64,000 bases of DNA, from the NCBI GenBank assembly GCA_031390545.1, contig JANMTP010000047.1, positions 8,930 to 72,929 of the forward strand, given 5' to 3'. This DNA is from Chthoniobacter sp. (GTDB taxonomy: Bacteria; Verrucomicrobiota; Verrucomicrobiia; Chthoniobacterales; Chthoniobacteraceae). Of this stretch, positions 39,357-46,945 are shown one piece after another. The notes under the pieces are model-generated. The model ran no database searches. It was given only the letters and a program-made list of their open reading frames with translations, and had not been told where the DNA came from. Within the stretch, counting starts at the first letter, position 1; the number at the start of each line of letters is the position of its first letter. A program made the translations under genes and the position numbers.

Positions 39357-42300
39357 ATGCCCTCCTCACTGGATCGGCATCCTCCACTCTCTAAACTCCA
39401 CCATTATTGCGGCGGATTGATGGAGGCCTGCTGGTTGGCGGCGGTAGTGATTGTACCGCTGGCCTACAATCCGCACGGCGTGGCGGCATTTCAGCCCTTC
39501 AAGATGGCCTTTGTCCGGCTGCTCGCCGCAGTGCTCGCCGCGGCTTGGGCGGTTTGGTGGATGGAGGGCGGACGATCCACTGGACCGGTCGGCAACTCCC
39601 GTCTGCGGAAGGTGCTCTGGATGTCCGTTGGTCTGTTGGTCCTGACCCAAGTAATTTCGAGCGTCTTCTCCGTCGATCCGGCGCAGAGTTTCTGGGGTTT
39701 TTTGCCGAATCGTGGGGGCTTCGTGAGTTTTCTGGCCGAATTGGTGATTTTCGCTGCGGTCGCCGCCCACTTGCGCACGCCTGCGCAGATGGACCGCCTT
39801 ACGGCCGCCATTATTCTCCCGACAATCTCGATCGGGCTTTTCGCGATCGCGCAGAGTTGCGGGTTTGATCCGCTCAGCCTCAATACCGTCGCCACTGCTC
39901 TCGGCCGCGACGTCGTTTCCCTGGCGGGTCACCACATTTCTTTGGCGGCGTATCTGGGGATGGTCATTCCGTTCACGCTCGTGCGCATCTATCAAACGCT
40001 GCGAGATCGGTCCGGGCAACGCGCCTCATTTTCCGTCGGCGTGTATGGAGTGATTTTCCTCCTGCAATTGACAGCCGTGGTTCTAGCCAAGAGCCGGGGG
40101 CCACTGCTGGCTTTGCTGGTCGTCCTGGCCACGCTGGCGGTCGCGTGGGCCGTCCTCGAAAGATCGAAAACCCTGTTCCGCTGGGGGGTGGGAATGGTCC
40201 TTTCGGTGGTCGTCTTTTTGGGCGTCCTCAGCATTCCTCATGGCCCCCTTGCTCCCCTCCAACGACTCCCGGTTGTCAGGCATTTTGCTTCGGCCGTGCC
40301 GGTGGGCCACGCCCCCGACAAGTTCCGCACCAGCCTCTGGAATCGAGCGCCGGACGTCGTCCTTGCGAAGGCCCCTTTTAGCTTTCCAGACGGTCGTGCG
40401 GACCTTTCTCCGAGCATCCGCACGGCCTTCGGCTTCGGTTCCGAAAGCCTGCAAGGCGTGCTCCCCCGTTACTGGACTTGGATCGACCCCGAAAAGCGGC
40501 TGGAAAAAAGTTTCCATAATCTGTTTTGGGACTCGTGGTTTTCCTCGGGAGCCTTGGGAGCTGGCGCGACGCTGCTCCTGTTTGCGGTGGGAATTCTGCT
40601 GTCATTTCGGCCCTTGGGAGTGCATCTCGGAAGGCTGGAGGTGACGGCAGGATTGCTAGTGGGAATCCTGACGGTGCTGGGTTTTGTCGCCCGGTTTGGC
40701 CCCGGCTATTTTGGGCTCGGCATTCAGGCAGGTTTAGCGGGAGGTTTGGTCGCGGTGCTCGCGGGCAGCCTCTTGTTTTCACGCGAAGCGGCCCTTCTGC
40801 CCCGTCCGCCACTGGCAACGGCCTTGCCAGTCATCGCGGCGGGGGCCGCGTTGGTGGGCCATTTAGTGGAAACCGCTTTCGCCTTTCCGGTGGCTTCGAC
40901 CTCGCTGCTCTTTTGGATTTGCCTCGGGATCGTCGCCGCCCACGCCCGACAGTCGGCGGATGCGCTGCCCGTGGAACGGCCCACGGCGGCCCAGCAAGGG
41001 CGACCGTGGGCGCTGCCCTTGCTGGCCGGACTCGCCGCCACGGCGTTGATCTTTGCCTTCGTGCATTTGGATTTCGTTAAGGCGATGTCGTGGGGGGAGA
41101 TCCTCGCCGTCTCGATGACGCGCATCACGAGCACCAAAGCCCCCAGCCATCTCGTGCCACTGGTAATCCTTCCCAGCTTGGCCCTGATGGGGGCCTTCGC
41201 CGCGGCCGAGGTCGCGCGCCGGGGAGGGCAGAAGTGGCTGGTGGGGCGTCGCACGACGTTCCTCGCGGCCATGCTTGCGGTCGTTTATGCCGTGTTTAAA
41301 GCGGGTCAGACCGCCGCGATCGGGCCGCTCCCAGGGCCGTCGATCCCGATGGGAGCCATCGTCCGACAAGCCGCGCGTGCCGAGTCCTTGGTCATCGCAT
41401 TTTTCGTCATTTCCGCCGCGCTGCTCGCCCTGCTTGGCGGGGCGTGTGCGGACCGCAGTGTGGCCCGCGCACGGGCCTGCTCGCGGCGCGGTCTCTTGGT
41501 CGCCTGCGTCCTCGCGCTCGTGGTCGCGCTTACCGCCTACCCGATCGCGCTCCGCTTCGTTTTGGCCGACACCGCAGCGGCCTCCGCGAATCTGCGCGCG
41601 ATCAGCCCCGAGGCGGGCACCCGGCGGGCGAGTCTCGAATTGCTGGGTCGTGCCATTCAGCACGATCCCATGGCCTACGAATACCGCCTCCGGTTTGCCG
41701 AAGCGGGCCTGAACCTCGCCGCGGAAAGCGATGCGCGGTCGGGCGATGCCCTTCTCGAGCGAGCGGGCGGCGTCCTCACGGCGGGTCATGCCCTTTCTCC
41801 GCTCAACCCGATTAGCTATGCGCACGCCCGGCTCCACATGCGGCGGGCGCTGGCCGAGTCGCGACCGGTGGAGCAGAAATCCCACGCGATGGAAGCCCGG
41901 CGGCATTTCCAGGAAGCCGTGCGTTGGGATCCGACCGCCGACCAGATCTGGGTTGAGCAGTCGGTCGTCGAGGGCGGATTGCTCGGCGACCGGGAAGCTG
42001 ACGAAGCGGGCTTGCGTCACGCGGATTCGCTCATTGAGCCTGACACCGCCTCATTGTGGGCCGAGGCCTACGCTAAATGGAGTGTGCATGAGGGATTTCC
42101 GTTGCTGAAGCAGCGCTACGCGGAGCGCGGTCTCATTCACTTCCGACGGGCCTTGGAATTTGCCGCTCTGAAGCCGGGTTCCACGTTCGCCCTGCATCTC
42201 GGCAAAGGCACACTTCATCGGAACCTCGGTCAACTCCCGGAAGCACGGGCGGCGTTCCAGGCGGCCGTTGGGGAAGGGCACGCGACGGATGGCTGGCGCG

Positions 42301-42440
42301 CGGAGGCAATGCTCGCGCATACCCTGAGCGATCTCGGCGACAACCCTTCCGCTTTGCCGCATGCGGTTAAAGCGCTGGAAAGCGCCCCGGCTGAATTTCA
42401 CGCCGCGCTCAGCGAGCTGAAGGCCGAGCTGGAAAAGTGA
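39357..42440 (+). CDS. O-antigen ligase-like (Wzy_C) multi-pass membrane protein fused to C-terminal TPR-like repeats (1,027 aa)
   Basis: ATG lies 2 nt after the giant gene's stop. Many TM segments. LAKSRGPLLALLVV and GFGSESLQ...SFHNLFWDSWFSSGALGAG are Wzy_C blocks. The C-terminal ~330 aa are TPR-like helical repeats. Confidence 0.8.
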   Translation: MPSSLDRHPPLSKLHHYCGGLMEACWLAAVVIVPLAYNPHGVAAFQPFKMAFVRLLAAVLAAAWAVWWMEGGRSTGPVGNSRLRKVLWMSVGLLVLTQVISSVFSVDPAQSFWGFLPNRGGFVSFLAELVIFAAVAAHLRTPAQMDRLTAAIILPTISIGLFAIAQSCGFDPLSLNTVATALGRDVVSLAGHHISLAAYLGMVIPFTLVRIYQTLRDRSGQRASFSVGVYGVIFLLQLTAVVLAKSRGPLLALLVVLATLAVAWAVLERSKTLFRWGVGMVLSVVVFLGVLSIPHGPLAPLQRLPVVRHFASAVPVGHAPDKFRTSLWNRAPDVVLAKAPFSFPDGRADLSPSIRTAFGFGSESLQGVLPRYWTWIDPEKRLEKSFHNLFWDSWFSSGALGAGATLLLFAVGILLSFRPLGVHLGRLEVTAGLLVGILTVLGFVARFGPGYFGLGIQAGLAGGLVAVLAGSLLFSREAALLPRPPLATALPVIAAGAALVGHLVETAFAFPVASTSLLFWICLGIVAAHARQSADALPVERPTAAQQGRPWALPLLAGLAATALIFAFVHLDFVKAMSWGEILAVSMTRITSTKAPSHLVPLVILPSLALMGAFAAAEVARRGGQKWLVGRRTTFLAAMLAVVYAVFKAGQTAAIGPLPGPSIPMGAIVRQAARAESLVIAFFVISAALLALLGGACADRSVARARACSRRGLLVACVLALVVALTAYPIALRFVLADTAAASANLRAISPEAGTRRASLELLGRAIQHDPMAYEYRLRFAEAGLNLAAESDARSGDALLERAGGVLTAGHALSPLNPISYAHARLHMRRALAESRPVEQKSHAMEARRHFQEAVRWDPTADQIWVEQSVVEGGLLGDREADEAGLRHADSLIEPDTASLWAEAYAKWSVHEGFPLLKQRYAERGLIHFRRALEFAALKPGSTFALHLGKGTLHRNLGQLPEARAAFQAAVGEGHATDGWRAEAMLAHTLSDLGDNPSALPHAVKALESAPAEFHAALSELKAELEK

Positions 42441-42599
42441 CTTCCGTGGGCAAGAAACATTGCCGTGACAAGCGCGTGATTTCTCCGCGAACGCCATCCA
42501 ACCTCCTTGCCTCCCTCACAAACGGATTCAATTTCATCGCCGAGCGAACGACCTCGACCGCCTTGCCCCATCAGCCCGTTATCCGCATCCCACACGACC

Positions 42600-43481
42600 A
42601 TGAAAGTACCCGCCGCCATTTCCTTCACGCTGGCCTCCCTGTCGCTCTCCCTGGCCTCGGCCAATGCTGCAGAACCGCCTCCTGCGGCTCTCGCGACCAC
42701 GGTCCCGGCCAGTGAGGCCGAAGCCCAGTTTCAGCTCGCCAGATCCCATTTGAAAAGCGAAGGCGGACCGAGCGATCCGGACAAGACCTTCAAACTGATG
42801 AAGCAGGCAGCCGATCAAGGCCATACCGAGGCCGAAGCGGGTCTAGGATACCTCTACGCCGCGGGAATCGGCACCGCGAAAGACGAAAGCCAGGCTTTGG
42901 CGTGGTATAAAAAAGCGGCGGAAAAGGGTTCCGCCAAGGGCCAATTCAATCTTGGTCGGATGATCGCTCAGGGCCGCGGCGTTCCAAAGGATGCCAAGGA
43001 GGGCTTCCAGTGGATGCAACAGGCCGCGGATCAAGGCCTCCCCGAGGCTCTCTTCGCCGTGGGCGAGGCCAGTTACTCCGGGACGTATGGCCAGGTGAGA
43101 GATTACAAAAAGGCATACGCCTTCCTGCTCAAAGCCGCCGAGCTGGGCATGGCCAAGGCGCAGAATATGATCGGGGTGATGCACCAGGAGGCCAAAGGCC
43201 TCCCGAAGGTTGATCGCACCGAGGCGGAAGCGTGGTTTCGCAAGGCCGCTGCGCAGGGGGACGTCAAGGGCCAGAGCAATCTCGGCCATCTGCTCTATAC
43301 CCAGCCGGGGGATCGTGCGGCCAAGTTGGAAGCGATCAAATGGCTGCTCGTAGCCCGACAGCGCGGGGACGTGCTCGCCACCCAGACGCTTCGTCTGACC
43401 GAGGCGGACATCCCGAAAGCCGAAATGGCCGAAGCCCAGCGACTGGCGCGCGCGGTCAGTTCTCAGACACCAACAGAATGA
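42600..43481 (+). CDS. Secreted Sel1-repeat (SLR) protein
   Basis: Signal peptide MKVPAAISFTLASLSLSLASANA. About 6 Sel1 repeats (AEAGLGYLYAAGIGTAKDESQALAWYKKAAEKG etc.). Confidence 0.85.
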   Translation: MKVPAAISFTLASLSLSLASANAAEPPPAALATTVPASEAEAQFQLARSHLKSEGGPSDPDKTFKLMKQAADQGHTEAEAGLGYLYAAGIGTAKDESQALAWYKKAAEKGSAKGQFNLGRMIAQGRGVPKDAKEGFQWMQQAADQGLPEALFAVGEASYSGTYGQVRDYKKAYAFLLKAAELGMAKAQNMIGVMHQEAKGLPKVDRTEAEAWFRKAAAQGDVKGQSNLGHLLYTQPGDRAAKLEAIKWLLVARQRGDVLATQTLRLTEADIPKAEMAEAQRLARAVSSQTPTE

Positions 43482-43586
43482 CGGTAGGCTGAAGTCCGGA
43501 TAGCGGGTCGAAACTCAGTGATGGGGCAGATGGGATCCGCCGCGTTGTCAGACGCAAATGTTGGATGTGGGGAGAAAGAAAGGCTC

Positions 43587-44285
43587 CTACCACCGGGCAA
43601 CGCCGCGGGCTTCGCGTTCCGCATTCAGGACTTGCCGAAGGTAGGCTTCCCGCCCGAAGAGCATTTGGAATTTGCGGTCGGCACGTTCGGTCTCAGCTTT
43701 CCAAGTGACGGAGAGATCTTGGCCAAAATTGATCCGCTTGAGGAACTCTGCAGAGATTTGGCTCTTCCACTTTTCCTGTTCCTCCGTCAGAGGCAACTCA
43801 GGGTCTAGGGCCATTAGCGCCGCGGGAAGTCGGACATCTGGTTCCAGCTCGAAAACCTGCCCGTTGGGTGCGACCAGTTCTGCGGCATAAGTGGAGCGGC
43901 CGGTCACGGGGTCGGGATGCGTGCTTCCTGGCCGCAAGATGAATGCGGCGGCGGCGGGGGCGGCTCCAGCGATGCCTCGCGGGACTTCCGAGCGCAATGC
44001 CGGAGGGGTGATAGCTCGGCCGGTCGGTGCTTGCTCCAGGACGGACGAAGTCGGAAGAGGTGTCGCCAACGAGACGGCGGATGCTTGAGGAGAATTGTTG
44101 GAAGGGAAAGAAGGTGCCAGAGAAGCAGGTTCCTTTGATGCGGATTTCGCTGCCGGAGGAAAAGATGTCGCCGGTGGCTTCGTCTCCAAGCCAGACGATG
44201 CCGGGTCTGGAGTGAACACGAATAGTGTTACGGAGATCGCGGCGAGGCTCACGCAGCCAAGGAGCAGAGCATCGGTTTTTTTCAT
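43587..44285 (-). CDS. Hypothetical membrane-anchored/secreted protein with Pro/Ser-rich linker
   Basis: MKKTDALLLGCVSLAAISVTLFVF anchor, a low-complexity P/S/A linker, and a C-terminal ~110-aa domain with no recognisable motif. Confidence 0.45.
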   Translation of the reverse strand: MKKTDALLLGCVSLAAISVTLFVFTPDPASSGLETKPPATSFPPAAKSASKEPASLAPSFPSNNSPQASAVSLATPLPTSSVLEQAPTGRAITPPALRSEVPRGIAGAAPAAAAFILRPGSTHPDPVTGRSTYAAELVAPNGQVFELEPDVRLPAALMALDPELPLTEEQEKWKSQISAEFLKRINFGQDLSVTWKAETERADRKFQMLFGREAYLRQVLNAEREARGVARW

Positions 44286-44368
44286 GGCATTTGCGGGTTT
44301 TTTTTTGACGAGAGAGAAAATCACCCGAGGCCGGGTGGGGGAAGGGAAAAGGGGGTGGGTCTTCAGGC

Positions 44369-44405
44369 AAAAAAAACTGGCGCCGGGATGAACCCGACGC
44401 CAGTT
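44369..44405 (-). terminator. Rho-independent terminator (minus strand) after the 44465-45757 gene
   Basis: On the minus strand: stem CTGGCG/CGGG ... CCCG/CGCCAG (plus-strand 44377-44403) followed by a U8 tract (plus-strand A8 at 44369-44376). Confidence 0.6.
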
Positions 44406-44464
44406 GTGATTTGCGGTCCGCTGACCTCAGGCGAGGTCCGCGGGTTGGGCATTAGGCTCTGCGA

Positions 44465-45757
44465 TTACGGCGCAACGTCCGCGAAGTCGTCCGCACGGCT
44501 CACGTTCATGAGGCTCGTCGGGAGACCTGCGGTGCCGATGTTGTTCGGCACGTTGGCGACCAATTCCGCGAGGACGGCCTGCATTTCAGGCGTGTCGTTC
44601 AGCGAATTGTACATCAGGTGCTGGTAGCTCCAGAAGGTATACTCACCCTCCGTGATTTTGGCTTGGCTGCTGGCACCGAGGGGCTCAGCGGGAGTAATCT
44701 GTGACCCGTTGTAGGCGAGCGCCTTGGCTCCGTTGGCAATGGCGGTCGTCGCATCGGAGATGCCGAAGACGCCCACCATCAGGAGATTCACCGGAGCGCC
44801 GAGGTTGGTGCCCGCGGCCGTCTGGCGTTGCACGTTATTGCTGGTCGCACCGAAGACCAAGCGAAGGCTGCTGCTGCTCTCGAAGCCGCCGTTGCCGGCG
44901 GTATCGGTCGCGGTCCAGACGTTCGAGATGTTCGCACCGTCGCCGGTGGGCCAGAGGCGGAGCGTGGTCAAGGCGAGGGTCGCTGCACTGGCGCTCGCAC
45001 CATTGGTCGTCGGCTTCCACTGCTGGACGGGGTTCGCTGGTCCATAACCCGTCTGGGACAGGTAGATGGTGCGCGTGCCGGAGCCATCGCTGCGGCCCGA
45101 GATATACACGCGGCGGGCATCCGTCGTCGGGAAGAGGTAGTTCAAAGGCTGGTTGCCCGTGCCGTACAAGGTCCGCAACTGGTGGTCGTGGATATTGGTA
45201 AAGCCAGCGGGCGAACCCTCATTGACACAGGGCACGAACACCGTCACGCCGACAATGGCGGAGACGGTATTGGACACGTCGAACGGCGAATTCGCGGGGA
45301 AGGAATCCGAGAACGCGAGGTCCGCGAACGCGAGTTCCGAGCCGGCCGCGACACCAAAGGTGCCGGTCACACCGGGGACCGCTGTGGTGTCATTGCTCCC
45401 ACCACTCGTCAGCGCGCTTTCCGGCAGGAAATCCTGGCTGCCCTGAGGGGTGGCCTGGGTCCGGACACCGGCGACCGATCCGGTCCAGGTGCAACGGATG
45501 ACCGTGACGCCGGTCAGTCCCGGGAAGGTCCCCGAGAAGATGGATTGACGGGCGCTGCGGATGGAGGCGAGACCGGCGGAGGTGCCGACGTGCGCGAAAT
45601 CCGTGAGGCCCGCGCCGTAGGACGCGATGATGGAATCGATGGACGCCGTGCGGAACGCGGTGGCTCCGGTGATGTCGATGACTTGGTCGGCAGCGCTCAT
45701 CGAAGACGTGAGGGCCGTGAGAGCGGCGAGGCCGCTGAGGATGAATTTATTTTTCAC
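44465..45757 (-). CDS. Secreted PstS-like type-2 periplasmic-binding-fold protein
   Basis: Signal peptide (GTG start). ITGATAFR, ISGRSDGSGTRTIY and EGEYTFWSYQHLMY blocks resemble PBP_like_2/PstS-fold proteins. Confidence 0.5.
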   Translation of the reverse strand: MKNKFILSGLAALTALTSSMSAADQVIDITGATAFRTASIDSIIASYGAGLTDFAHVGTSAGLASIRSARQSIFSGTFPGLTGVTVIRCTWTGSVAGVRTQATPQGSQDFLPESALTSGGSNDTTAVPGVTGTFGVAAGSELAFADLAFSDSFPANSPFDVSNTVSAIVGVTVFVPCVNEGSPAGFTNIHDHQLRTLYGTGNQPLNYLFPTTDARRVYISGRSDGSGTRTIYLSQTGYGPANPVQQWKPTTNGASASAATLALTTLRLWPTGDGANISNVWTATDTAGNGGFESSSSLRLVFGATSNNVQRQTAAGTNLGAPVNLLMVGVFGISDATTAIANGAKALAYNGSQITPAEPLGASSQAKITEGEYTFWSYQHLMYNSLNDTPEMQAVLAELVANVPNNIGTAGLPTSLMNVSRADDFADVAP

Positions 45758-45813
45758 TGTTTATTGGAGGTTAGCGAGGTGCTGTTGGTTTGGTATTTGC
45801 AGACTGAATCGGA

Positions 45814-46713
45814 TTAAGCAGTGGCCGTGCGGCGGCGGCGGAAGCCGAGGCCGAGGACGGTCGCTGCGCCGAGCATCAGGGCCGAGGCGGGCTCTGGAAC
45901 GGGAGTGACGGTGAAGTCCACATTGCCGGCTTGATCGATGCTGAGGAAGCCCTGGAACTGCGGAGTGCGGATCGCGCCGCCTTCGGCAAACTGGCCGGAG
46001 AAATCGTTGACCAACTGGCCACGATAGATATCCAGCGCGCCTTCGACGGCACCGCTGGAGAAGGTGCCGAAGCTGCCCGCGGCGAAGCGCTGCTGAACGC
46101 CCCCTGTGTAGGCACCAAAGGCGGTGGACTGAACACCCGCCGGGGAGGTGGCATTGAAGTCCTCCCAAGTGCCTGCGGTTGTGTTAAGCAATACAGCCTG
46201 CCCCGACGCTTGAGCTTCAAAGGTATTGTTCAGGGCCGTGATGTTATTGGCGACCCCAGTCTGACCGGAAGCGCTCGGCGTGCTCAAAGAAGAACTTGCG
46301 TTGTTCTCATTGCCAATGGCGGTGCGCGCCTTTGACATATAGAGGGTCTGATTTGGATCGCCGTTGTCGAGGCCATCCGGCGGATTGGAGTTGGACCAGG
46401 AACCAGCCGCGCCCCAGAAGAGATTGGTATTGTCATACCAAGCCGCTCCGAACTCGTTAGTGAGGATCGAGTTAACGTTGACGATGTTGTTGAGGTTGAT
46501 GTTGTTCACGTTGTTGTCACGGAACTGGGTGGCGGTATTGCCCAGGCTGACCATGACGGTCCGGTCAGAGCCGGTGCCGCCGACGGCGCGGAAGGCGAGG
46601 ATGAGGTCGCCATTGGCGAAGCCAGGATTCTGGGCCATGGCTGGCGCGATGCTCAGTCCGCTGACGGCCAAGGCCGCGAGCGTAAGAACTGTGTGGTTTT
46701 TCTTAGTGATCAT
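45814..46713 (-). CDS. PEP-CTERM sorting-domain protein
   Basis: Signal peptide. The C-terminus VTPVPEPASALMLGAATVLGLGFRRRRTATA is a PEP motif + TM helix + Arg cluster. Confidence 0.85.
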   Translation of the reverse strand: MITKKNHTVLTLAALAVSGLSIAPAMAQNPGFANGDLILAFRAVGGTGSDRTVMVSLGNTATQFRDNNVNNINLNNIVNVNSILTNEFGAAWYDNTNLFWGAAGSWSNSNPPDGLDNGDPNQTLYMSKARTAIGNENNASSSLSTPSASGQTGVANNITALNNTFEAQASGQAVLLNTTAGTWEDFNATSPAGVQSTAFGAYTGGVQQRFAAGSFGTFSSGAVEGALDIYRGQLVNDFSGQFAEGGAIRTPQFQGFLSIDQAGNVDFTVTPVPEPASALMLGAATVLGLGFRRRRTATA

Positions 46714-46945
46714 GTTTCTTTGGTTTTGATGGTCGGCTGGGCGGTGAGCGGAATTGCCCTCCTCGGCAGCACGATGAACTTTTTACTAGACGGGCGGCGG
46801 GACGCCAAGAAACGTGATGTAACGTTCTCGGGGCGGAATGACGGCGAATTGCCTGAAGAGCGAGGGGGAGAAGCCGCCACTTTACAGAGAAATGGCGAGA
46901 CCTGTATGACGTTTGAGAGGAGTCCGACGGAGAAACCGCACGCGC

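Noticed and set aside
40863-42020. A 385-aa minus-strand ORF, and other antisense ORFs, within the Wzy_C-TPR gene.
   Set aside because: It is a shadow ORF in high-GC coding DNA. It is Arg/Gly/Pro-rich with no domains.
44828-45817. A 329-aa plus-strand ORF antisense to the PstS-like gene.
   Set aside because: It is an extremely Arg/Gly/Asp-rich low-complexity translation. The minus-strand gene has a signal peptide, PBP-like blocks and a downstream terminator.
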